Shown here: positions 54,501 to 64,000 of the stretch, in pieces
Position numbering within the stretch: the stretch's first letter is position 1
Layout of the letters: every line of letters starts with the position of its first letter
Source of the DNA: Microcoleus sp.
Lineage (GTDB): Bacteria > Cyanobacteriota > Cyanobacteriia > Cyanobacteriales > Microcoleaceae
NCBI GenBank assembly: GCA_042408215.1
Contig: JAYFMW010000020.1
Location: forward strand, 96,001-160,000
DNA: 64,000 nt
Reading direction: 5' to 3'
Notes under the pieces: model-generated
The model's database searches: none
Seen by the model: the letters and a program-made list of their open reading frames with translations, nothing else
What the model was told of the DNA's origin: nothing
Program-made: the position numbers and the translations under genes

Positions 54501-57500
54501 ATTTCGCTATTTAGCAATAATTGGTGAAGTTTTCCTGTATCACCTGCATAGGCTGATCGCAAGTTGTGCAGGGGGCAAATTGAGCCAGGTATCGGCAATT
54601 TGTTTGCGAGCTTGGCGGACATTTCCTAGTGCAGATAAATCAGCAGAATTTTTATGATATTGCTCAATAATGCTTAACAAAGAAGCTTGACTCTGAGTCG
54701 AAATAGCAGGTAATTGCTGTTTGCTACCACAGGCTTGTATCAAAGCATCACTAACTATTTTTGCCATTTTTGACCAAGAGAAGTTTTTAGCTTGTTCCAA
54801 ACCAGCAGAAATTAATGATTGGCGAATCTCAGGCTTTTGAACTTCAATTAGTGCCTGTTTCAATCCTTCAACATCTTCTGAGTTCACATACAAAGCTGCT
54901 TGACCAGCCACTTCAGGAATTGAACTATTTTTACAGGCAATCACTGGACATCCGCAGGCGATCGCTTCCAGTATTGGCAATCCAAAACCTTCATATTTTG
55001 ATGTTTGAACTAATGCTACAGCACCGGAATAAGCGCTTTTTAACTCGTTGTCGTTTAATTTTAGTAGGTGAAAGTTGATGTCAGAAGTGTATGCTTTTAA
55101 CTCTGTTTCTAATACGGAGTTACCGCCTACGCATACCATTTCAAAGTCATGTTTACTGTCTAATTGAGCAAAGGCTTTGAAAAACAATATAGCATTTTTA
55201 TAACCGTTAAATCCGATGCGATCGCCCACCCACAAAAAGTATGGTTTTGAGATGCCGTATTTCATCTTAAATTGATTAACTTCGACAAAGGTTAAGGGCG
55301 AAAATCCTTTGTCAATGCCACAATGGGCTACTGTTACCGACTCACGATAAATTTCAGGAAAGCATTTTACTAAATCGCGGGCAGTATTTTCAGAAATCGC
55401 TATGTATGCAGAAGCGTGACGAATACCATGATATTTTTCTGTCCACATTGGGTTAGCTAGATTAGCTCCCATGACTTCTGGAATCATGTCATAAGCCATG
55501 AATACAGATGGTGTCGAGCGCGGTGTGGTATAGTAAGTGGAAATAAACAAATCCGCTTGTTCTTCATCGCAGATTTGCTGCAACATTTCGCGATCGCCTT
55601 CCGTATTACTATAGTCATAGGCTGGGACTTGCCGATAATTGATCCCGGCAATTTTGGGAAAAGTTCCATTGCGATCGAGTACGAGGATGTGCTGGCTGAA
55701 ACTCTGAGTTGCCCATTCTGTAATTAATGATTGCCAGACACGGGTAATTCCAGACTTGTGAATCTGAAACATTACGCCGTCAATGATAATTTTTATCGCA
55801 GGTTTCGCTTCTGTATTACTCGGTTTTTGTGCAGTTTCATTAGACAAGAATACAGCCGGAAGTAAGTTAATTACTTTGGCAGAGGTGCTGCATTTCAATC
55901 CTTCTTTAATTTGGGCGATCGCTGAATTTCCCTCTCCTTTAGCAATCATGGAATGCGCCATTTTCAAAGCTTCTATCGCATAATGTTCTCTCGCCTGATT
56001 TGATAATTCCTCAGCACTCTCTTTTGGTAAATAGGATTGGGAAATTTCGATCGCCTTTCTAGCCTCTGCAATATTTTCACCCGCTTGAAATAAGCGAGAT
56101 GTCCATGATGAAGAGTTCATCCGCGTACAAGCAAAAGTTTGAGGCTCATACCACATCGGATAATACACTGAAATTCGTTTCCACATTTCCCAATCAGCCG
56201 CAGCACCAGCCTGGGGGCAAAATCCACCCAACTCCTCATAAACGCTACGCTTAACTACCATAGAAGCCGCCGCAATCCAAGAATACACAGCCAGTTTTTT
56301 GATCCAGTCAGTTAAAATCCCAGGAGTTTCCCTTTCCAAAGGTGATAACCATAAAGGCGCATTTTCTTCATTAACATGGAGACAGCGACAGAAAGCAGCA
56401 CCAATTGTTAATTGTTTTTCTATTGATTCCCGAAGGCTGCGATAAAATCCAGGCTTGACAAAATCATCATCGTGCAGAATGTGCACCCATTGACCGCGTG
56501 CTTGCTGAATGCAAATATTAAAAATGGCAGTTTGACCAACATTAGTTTCAGAATGCCGATAAAACTTTATGCGATCGCCAGCCACTTTTTTGATAATTGC
56601 TGCTATCTCAGCTTGAACTGACTGACTCGGATGATCGTTGACAACTTCAATCTGCATTTCATCGGGAAATGGAGCTTGTTCAATAACACTCCTGAGCGTT
56701 TGTTCTAGATATTTTTCCTTCAGATTATAGGTCGGTATCATCACCGACCAAAAAGGTCTTTTATTGCTTGACGAGACAGGCGAAATTGTCGGAAATTCAA
56801 ATTCAGAAGATGTTTTCATGGTCAAGTTTTGATGTGATAAAGCCAATTGGCGCGAATCCGAGCCTGAAATCAACTGTTGTAATAACTGAGTATAATTTTC
56901 ATCAGTAATTAACATAATATTTTGAGGCTGGTCTGTTTTGGTCAACAACTCAGTTTTGACAAAGGTTTTGAGCTGTTCGTGCCAGCCGTATCGCTCGGCG
57001 GTATATAATAGCGATCGCGCAGCTTTCAGATACTCACCTTTTTGCAAGAGAGCCTGACGAATCAAGGTAAAATAGAAGTCAAAATGAAGCGGCATTTTTT
57101 GGTTAAATCGGCTTCGCGCTGCGGAAAATCCTTGAATCAGAGCAGTATAAGCACATTCTACTACCTGTTCTATTGGGCAAGCCGTCATTTCTAAAACTTG
57201 CTCCGATGACTGTTGCGAATATTCCAAATCGTGGGCGATCGAAGCATATACTGATGTAGATGCTAGCAACAACTGAATCATCGGTAACGGTTTAGCCCAA
57301 TCTGTTAATGCTATTTGCGTTACGCCACTCGAACAGCCAATTAAAAGAGAGCAATACTTAGTTAACTCCGCATTTTCGCGTAGCGTCAATACACTACCAT
57401 CAATAATACGTGTATCTCCTGTGGTAATTTTAATGTGAGATGACAGAATAATAGTGCAATCGGGTAAGCGAGACAGTAGCCCTTGAGCAACAGACAAAGC

Positions 57501-58325
57501 GTATTCTGGCTTCACAAAAGACTGACTGCTACTACTCGTATACTCAAATAAAATTACATGACTGCGTTTCAGCAAATTGTGCTGTTCAGCAAAATTGCGA
57601 ACTCTTTCAATCTCATCACTTCGGAGACGCAGAATATTCTGAATCGGAACCGTAATCGGCTTTGGATATCCTCTAAAAAGAGAGCCTTTAGTGGTTCCAT
57701 CATAATTTTGATAGTTGTTCGGGCTTACCTGCGTCAAAAATACTTCATCAAATTCACCGCGACTGAGACGCGCCTGCACCTCTTTTTCCAGCCCATACCA
57801 AGCAGCCACAATTTCCTGCCAATTCCTAGCAGCAACTTCCCAAATTTCATCAACAAATGGATTACCTTCAATCATACTTCGACACATTGATGAAATTGCC
57901 CAAGTCAAATGACAATTCGGATAATCATGCTTAATTTGTCTCGCCAAGGTAGTTGCATGAAGACAATCTCCATTTGAGCCAAGTTGTGCCAACAAAATGC
58001 GCTGACCGGAATTATTTTGTGGGAATTCAGCAGTGAAAAAACCTGACCAAGAACGTTCTGTTTGCCAACGTGGTATCTGAGCTTCCAGAGATTTCGCGCT
58101 GCCCTCCATAACCACAACTTGGTCAATATCAGGATTATTTTGCAGCAACATCTCACCTTCCCCAGTAGTGAACCATGTAATTATGCAGTTTGGTTCGCTA
58201 TTTTTGAGATTTTTTGCTGTGGGCAGATAGGACAATATTTGCTGTGGATTAAAAAATGCAAAACCGTAATGCTTGTGCATCGGTTTATAGGGGTAAGAAG
58301 CTGGCTGAGATAATTGTTTCATCAT
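51512..58325 (-). CDS. Giant multi-domain glycosyltransferase (~2270 aa; GT9-like + GT2 + GT4 + GT41/SPINDLY-like + four helical repeats), one +1 frameshift near 54554
   Basis: LGSNGDCLH, WSVMIPTYN/LHDDD, EGFGLPILEA, ARVQ...PTTTG..MDY and DVYLDSYPY. The two ORFs break in the middle of a helical repeat. Confidence 0.88.
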
Positions 58326-58352
58326 GGAAATCTCTAAATTTAGACGGTAATT

Positions 58353-59225
58353 TTATAGGGTTTCTAGCATCATAGTTGCGAGTTGGCGCAGGTCAATCTT
58401 GGGATGCCAATCTAGGCTGTGCATTAGCGCCGGATTGGATACTAATCGCTGATATTCAGGCTGAAAATTTTTAGCCTCCTCTAAGTAGCGTGTCCAATCC
58501 AAGCCAAGGTGTGAAAAGCAGACTTCTATCCAATCTTTTATAGAATGAGTTTTGCCGGCACCGATTACAGCTTCAAAAACATTTTCCTGTTCTACTAGCG
58601 TCATGATTCCCTGTGCTACATCCCCTGCAAATGTCCATTCTTTCTCTACATTAACATCGCCAATTTGGAGTTTTTCTTCCGATCCCTGAGCAATGCGTTT
58701 AGCCGCGAGTACAATTTTCTGGCTAACATGATTTGGCTTTCTGAGAGGACTTTCATGATGGAATAAATATCCAACATAGGCTTTGATACCGAGAATTCTG
58801 TAATATCGAGCAGCATAAACTGATTGGATTCGAGCAACGGCATAAGCACTACTTGCTTCAAAAGCAGTATCCTCAGAAATGGGATTACCATCATTATAGA
58901 ATTGAACGCCGCTACCTGTAATAAAAACTTTAGAATTGGGGCTATGCTTGTAAACCGATTCTAAAATATTTAGTGTACCTGTCGAAATTGCTGCATGATT
59001 TTCAAACAGCGCATCGTGTCGCGTTGTTGATGTAGCTGCTAAGTGAAATATGTAGGTTGGTTTGTATTCTTTTACGAACCCCTCAACCTGTTTGTAATCA
59101 GACACATCGCCACGAATCCCATCTCCCGATCGCGATACAGCTACAGGTTTAATTCCTTTAGCTTTGCACAACTGATGGAGATAGTATCCATCTTGTCCGT
59201 TAGCACCAAAAATAAGAGCGTTCAC
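58353..59225 (-). CDS. GDP-mannose 4,6-dehydratase-like extended SDR
   Basis: ALIFGANGQDGYYL, FHLAA, YAVAR (YxxxK variant) and LFHHESPLR. Confidence 0.88.
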   Translation of the reverse strand: MNALIFGANGQDGYYLHQLCKAKGIKPVAVSRSGDGIRGDVSDYKQVEGFVKEYKPTYIFHLAATSTTRHDALFENHAAISTGTLNILESVYKHSPNSKVFITGSGVQFYNDGNPISEDTAFEASSAYAVARIQSVYAARYYRILGIKAYVGYLFHHESPLRKPNHVSQKIVLAAKRIAQGSEEKLQIGDVNVEKEWTFAGDVAQGIMTLVEQENVFEAVIGAGKTHSIKDWIEVCFSHLGLDWTRYLEEAKNFQPEYQRLVSNPALMHSLDWHPKIDLRQLATMMLETL

Positions 59226-61756
59226 AGTTTATTTTTCTGAAAAACAAAGGTGGCAAATGTATAACGACATCCTTCATAGATAAAATCGGGGTTCGGACAA
59301 TCCCACTGCGGAACATCAGGGAGAACACAATTTTTCAATAAAGGAAGCAGTCGTTGTTTGAAGTCTTTTTGAGTGTAAAGACGAAAGTCTACGCCGGGAA
59401 TGCGATCGCCCGGTTTATACTGGTCATTATAATCGCACGTTAAAATAGCAACACCTCCCGGTGCAAGAAGTTCAGCAATTTGCATCAAAAACAACTCGTC
59501 ATTTTCAACGTGTTCAATCACAGATGTTGAAAAAATAATATCATAGCTCCCTTTGATAGTAGACGGCTTTTGGAAATACATATTCAGATCGCAGTTGATC
59601 GCCGGATCGATTTCTTCCAGGTGGTAGCCGATTTGTTTCAACGCAGCAGCAGCACTATCTTCATAACTGCCAACGCATAAAATTTTAGGGGTGACGAATT
59701 GGGAGGCAAATTTTTGCACTGTATCCAATATAAAGGCTTGCTGAATATTCGCTGCTGGTATTTTACGCACCATCATCTCAGGAACTAGTGCAAATAACCG
59801 ATCGATGATAGGTTGGTACTGCGATCGCGCCGCATCGTCCAAGATCCGATTGAATGATGTTACATTAGGAATCCCAACATCTAAATACCTCTGGCTGTGC
59901 GACTTCTGTGGATTTTCTAATACTTGAGCAAGTATACGCTCATAATCCCAAATGAAATTAGCTTCGCTCCATTCATTGTAAAATGGCACCAGCGGTGCAA
60001 TACCGTTATCAACAATTTGTTTCAAGCTGGAATCTTCTATACAAATTGAAGGCTGTGCTGAAACAATATGTCTGAACATATTGCTTTTTGTAATGGCGAT
60101 CGGTCTTTTTACAGCCAGGGCATGATCGATGGTGCTAGAGATACCACGATTATCATATCTTTCATAAAAAAATGCGTTGAGCGTATTTTGTGCCAGAAAA
60201 TCCAGTAATTGCTCTTGAGTGAGAAAATCGTGACTTAAACTCAGTTTTATACCAGGCTTGACGATCGCCTGCTGACATCTTTTTGCTATGGCTACTGCTT
60301 GACTTCCATCAGCATCCGCAAAAGTTGCAAAGGGAATATGCAGCCTAATCAATGCCTCATCATACTCTTGCTGTACAGTAGCAATGACCTTCTCAAATCC
60401 TTTTCCTTCCAGTCCAAATCCAAAACTACCAATAGTTACGATCTCTGGTAATTTGTGATTATTCCTGTAGGGCAATACAATTCTTCCCGTTTTAAATACA
60501 ATTGGATTCTTCAGTTCTAAAGTCGGATCTGGAGCTATATGGTATTGAAAAAGTGAATCATTTGATACATCGGCGATGCGCTGAGTAACTTCATGAATAA
60601 TGCCTATATGTGGCACATTGATAGATTGAAGAATAGTGGGATTGACCCAACTTAAAGTCAAGGGATGATAGTTGTAAATAATTGCTACTGGCTTGAGCTT
60701 TTTCACGCTCTCCAACAACTCTTCGGAACTGGAACATTCGGCATATACGAAACAGTATTTAGTTGATTTTTCCAGGGTTTTTGCTATGTTTAAACCATAC
60801 TGCTGCACGCCGCATTGTTTTTCTTTGTGGGAGACAATCAAAATTTTATCCTGCAAGTTATCGTTCTCTTTACTTGCTGATGGTGTCTGAAATTTTGATT
60901 CCCTAGTAACCCAAATATTTGCTGTTTTAGCTTCTCCTGTAGATAAGCTAATCTCTTCAACTATCTTGCCCAGCCATTGTTGGAGTTCGGCATAATTCTT
61001 GGCATAAATCACCGGATTTTCCAAGTTGTCCCAAAGTTTCTCTGCTAAGTCCCAGCCCACAATGCAACGAGGTTTATATCGATTAATCTCCGTTTGGCAA
61101 GCGGCGTTGATAGCGCTTCCTTTCATCAACAAACCAATACATTTGTCTCCCATTTGCGACAATTGCTTCAGATTCATGCCACTGCAATCTACAAGATTTG
61201 CCGCCTGGGATTTAGGTGGAGCCGAACAGTAAAAATTGAGTTGAGGAAAATCCGCTGCTATTTGTTTGAGGTGTTCGTTTAAATAAAAATAGCTTTGATT
61301 CGAGAAAACTTCCCCGTTTTCTACCAAAATACTGTTGGCTCTAACTTCTATTTCCGGCTCTCTCTGCCCAAAGAAGTTAATCGTGGGGGTGTGAATCGGT
61401 ATCGGCAGGAGATATTTATGATTCAGTCTGTGCTGATACATCTGGCGATTAAAGGTATGAACGTTATTTTGGTACGTCATACCGTAGAGGTTCAAAATGT
61501 CATCAAAAACCCCAAACCACATATTGACAAATATGGCATCATCCGGGCAGTTTGGCGTGGGTTCTGTGCCTTTGTATTCGCAGCCTTGATAGAGCGCGAT
61601 CGCCAAATCTAAATCCTGCCAAAGATAAGCAGAGACTTCATCGCACTCTAGGGTAATTTTTGCCCCCGTAAACTTAATTCTAATCGCCTGAATTACGGCT
61701 CTTGTCAAAATCACATCGCCGCTGTGAAAACTGTTATGAATGAAGAAATGTGTCAT
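59222..61756 (-). CDS. Three-domain protein: two glycosyltransferase-like regions + class I SAM methyltransferase
   Basis: N-terminal HSGDVILTR, central CGVQQYG...IGSFGFG...GISS, C-terminal YDIIFSTSVIEHV...LLAPGG. Confidence 0.75.
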   Translation of the reverse strand: MTHFFIHNSFHSGDVILTRAVIQAIRIKFTGAKITLECDEVSAYLWQDLDLAIALYQGCEYKGTEPTPNCPDDAIFVNMWFGVFDDILNLYGMTYQNNVHTFNRQMYQHRLNHKYLLPIPIHTPTINFFGQREPEIEVRANSILVENGEVFSNQSYFYLNEHLKQIAADFPQLNFYCSAPPKSQAANLVDCSGMNLKQLSQMGDKCIGLLMKGSAINAACQTEINRYKPRCIVGWDLAEKLWDNLENPVIYAKNYAELQQWLGKIVEEISLSTGEAKTANIWVTRESKFQTPSASKENDNLQDKILIVSHKEKQCGVQQYGLNIAKTLEKSTKYCFVYAECSSSEELLESVKKLKPVAIIYNYHPLTLSWVNPTILQSINVPHIGIIHEVTQRIADVSNDSLFQYHIAPDPTLELKNPIVFKTGRIVLPYRNNHKLPEIVTIGSFGFGLEGKGFEKVIATVQQEYDEALIRLHIPFATFADADGSQAVAIAKRCQQAIVKPGIKLSLSHDFLTQEQLLDFLAQNTLNAFFYERYDNRGISSTIDHALAVKRPIAITKSNMFRHIVSAQPSICIEDSSLKQIVDNGIAPLVPFYNEWSEANFIWDYERILAQVLENPQKSHSQRYLDVGIPNVTSFNRILDDAARSQYQPIIDRLFALVPEMMVRKIPAANIQQAFILDTVQKFASQFVTPKILCVGSYEDSAAAALKQIGYHLEEIDPAINCDLNMYFQKPSTIKGSYDIIFSTSVIEHVENDELFLMQIAELLAPGGVAILTCDYNDQYKPGDRIPGVDFRLYTQKDFKQRLLPLLKNCVLPDVPQWDCPNPDFIYEGCRYTFATFVFQKNKL

Positions 61757-61792
61757 ATTTTTATCCTGTTGTGGGCTGTATTGAGTCTTGGT

Positions 61793-63052
61793 TTAGTGTT
61801 TGATAATTTCCAGGTTAGGCAAAGGGAAGATTAAACCAACACCGCTGTTTAGTGTTTCTTGCTCGCGCTTGAGAAATTCTTCCTTGAAATGCCACGGCAA
61901 CACTAAATAATAATCCGGCTTCATGGCTCTTGAATCGGCTTCGCTGACAATAGGAATGTCACTACCTAGCGTATAAGCACCATATTTATCTGGGTTTCTT
62001 TCCGCCGCTACATCTATAATCCGATTGTCAATTCCGCACCACTGTAAAATTGTATTACCTTTGGTCGATGCACCGTAGATATGAATGCTTTTACCTTCTT
62101 TTTTAAGCATTTTTAGCAGCGAAACTAACTGCTCTTTATGCACGTTAATCCTGTCTTGAAAATTTTTGTATGGTTTGTCGGTATCCAGCTCCATGTCAAA
62201 TTCTGTCTGACGTAATAGCTTGATGCGCGTCACAGCTTCTTGTTTCTTAAAACGAAAGTTATTAAGATGCGTTGCGTAACAGCGAATGCTACCACCATTG
62301 ATGTCATTCAGGACAGCATCTACTATTTTTAAGTCGGCTTGTTTTAGGATATATTCCAGCACTGCCAAACTGTAATACTCCAAGTGTTCATGACAAATTG
62401 TGTCATAAGAATTCATTTTTAGCATGGATGGCATATAGGACATTTCAAAGACCCATAAGCCATCAGGAGTTAGCGATTTTTTGATTTCCTTGCAGAAGCT
62501 TACCGGATCTTCGAGGTCATAAAACATGGCGATAGATGTAATAATATCAAATTTTTCGCCTTGTAAAATCTTGGTCAGTTCTTCGGAAGGGAAAATGTCT
62601 TGAATTGCAGTAATGTCCCCGGTTATTTCTTGAGCGACGTCAGACGGATCGACACCAAATTTAATAAATTCTTGGGGATAGCACTTGAGTAAAGTGCCGT
62701 CATTACAGCCAATATCTAAAACACGAGCATTACTTTTGTCAATCAGCGATGCTGCTTCTTCCGTAATTTCCTGCAAGTGATTTCGCATAGTTTGGTTCGT
62801 ACCGGAACGATACCAGTATGCAGAATATAAAACTTCTGGCGGTACGGTATGTTCCATTTGCAATAAACCGCAAGCTTTTTCATCTTTGGTGGGATCGCAC
62901 CGCAGGAGAGAAAGCGCAATTTTTCTGAGGGGCGGTTCTTCTTTCCCAGGCTTGACAAATGAACCTTGCAAATGCTGTTCGCCTAAATTAATGACTGGAG
63001 TCAGTGCTGAAGAACCGCATACCCGACAAGTTTTACGATGACCTAAGTGCAT
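61793..63052 (-). CDS. NDP-sugar C-methyltransferase family (Zn-binding N-terminus)
   Basis: CRVCGS, VLDIGCNDGTLL, YDTICHEHLEYYS, YGASTKGNTILQ and PDYYLVLPWHF. Confidence 0.92.
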   Translation of the reverse strand: MHLGHRKTCRVCGSSALTPVINLGEQHLQGSFVKPGKEEPPLRKIALSLLRCDPTKDEKACGLLQMEHTVPPEVLYSAYWYRSGTNQTMRNHLQEITEEAASLIDKSNARVLDIGCNDGTLLKCYPQEFIKFGVDPSDVAQEITGDITAIQDIFPSEELTKILQGEKFDIITSIAMFYDLEDPVSFCKEIKKSLTPDGLWVFEMSYMPSMLKMNSYDTICHEHLEYYSLAVLEYILKQADLKIVDAVLNDINGGSIRCYATHLNNFRFKKQEAVTRIKLLRQTEFDMELDTDKPYKNFQDRINVHKEQLVSLLKMLKKEGKSIHIYGASTKGNTILQWCGIDNRIIDVAAERNPDKYGAYTLGSDIPIVSEADSRAMKPDYYLVLPWHFKEEFLKREQETLNSGVGLIFPLPNLEIIKH

Positions 63053-63072
63053 TTATTTACCTTTAAAAATAT

Positions 63073-63525
63073 TTATTTTTGATGAGAGCCGAGCTTTTCT
63101 ACAAGTGCTTGGAAATTTTTGTCTATTCCATCTATACACTTATTCCGCTGCAAGTTCAGGATGGCTAGCTGTTTGACCACTTGATCTTTTTTTGTTACAA
63201 CTACTTTGTCAAATTCATAGACTTTTTCTTGTTCGTGCCACAAGTTGCAGTTAACTTGGGCGAGTTCCGAGAAGATTTCGCCGATACTACCACCGACATC
63301 TGCCACATAATTGCCCTCTTTTTTATAAACTTTATTGGAGGCAAAAGTTAGGCGATCGCTCGGAATTTGCCCAGCTATAGCAGCACTAATAAATTCGTTG
63401 ATTTCCTCCTGAAGCTGTTTCTCTTGAACAGTAAGGCTCTTGAGTCTGATTTCGTCTTCGGAATGCCACTGTTTCAATTTGACAATTGTCAATTTATCGC
63501 AGAGAGAGCCAAGTGTTTCTGCCAT
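63073..63525 (-). CDS. DUF4254-like helical hypothetical protein
   Basis: ETLGSLCDKLTI..LK.WH and N..LWHEQE...LN..RN..I..ID motifs. First gene of the operon. Confidence 0.7.
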   Translation of the reverse strand: MAETLGSLCDKLTIVKLKQWHSEDEIRLKSLTVQEKQLQEEINEFISAAIAGQIPSDRLTFASNKVYKKEGNYVADVGGSIGEIFSELAQVNCNLWHEQEKVYEFDKVVVTKKDQVVKQLAILNLQRNKCIDGIDKNFQALVEKLGSHQK

Positions 63526-64000
63526 AGGTCAAATGTGATTGATTTGAAAGAATTTGAATCTGGATGCTGGCGATAGTGAGTATAGATCGTTTGCTATCAG
63601 ACGAATACCCATTTTGGGTGTTCCCATAATGATCCATTGTATTTGATACAACGTTTTTGAGCATACACAGGATTATCTTACACAGAAGGCACTTTTGATT
63701 GAGATATCCGATCGCCAGTGAGCACAATTACCACAACTCTGGAGACTATTGACAAATTAAAACTCCAAAGCGTGCTCATTTAGCCATTGACAAAAACAAA
63801 CAATTGTGGTATTTCAAAAAGAAATTGTATAGAAACCCGCTCTTAGAATGAGCCAGAAGCGATCGACGTTCGGTTTCCACCACCTCAGAGGGTCGATCGC
63901 CCTTACGCCGGATTCCTCACCAACCAAAAACAAGTTACAATTACGTTAAGATTGATGAACATAAATAAAAATTCCCAAATCACAGGGACTAAATAATAGG

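Noticed and set aside
54540..54622. Programmed ribosomal frameshift joining the two GT ORFs
   Set aside because: No canonical slippery heptamer or stimulatory structure was seen. A single-base insertion explains it more simply.

Overview
Chromosomal window of a filamentous cyanobacterium. Abundant HIP1 octamers (GCGATCGC), heptamer tandem repeats and the gene set suggest a Microcoleus/Oscillatoriales-type genome (inference). Core genes include an AMIN-domain amidase-like gene, infC, prfC, an RRM protein, an ABC1 kinase, cobU, two GT2 genes, an hpsU/wcaF-like acetyltransferase, tetR-devBC...devA, yihY and a DUF21 gene. Two paralogous minus-strand cassettes (about 22.26-28.63 kb and 35.57-45.94 kb) interrupt this backbone. 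Each is built as [shared upstream region + sulfotransferase] -> [giant DUF4347...RTX secreted protein] -> [TIR mini-element + orphan RTX C-terminus]. They share both ends but have different central domain arrays, and the second splits devC from devA. Both giant genes carry a perfect 23+1+23 bp palindrome centred on codon 30. Its arms co-vary between the paralogs, and its single unpaired base reads TTA (Leu) in one gene and TAA (stop) in the other, making it a candidate micro-inversion ON/OFF switch. The right end holds a roughly 12 kb glycosylation operon ending in a roughly 2270-aa multi-glycosyltransferase. There is also an integrase core-binding domain/TM/lysozyme fusion and a dense set of REP-like and MITE-like repeats. 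Several single-base frameshifts suggest consensus sequencing errors, which limits claims about gene inactivation. No rRNA, tRNA, CRISPR array or intact transposase was recognised.
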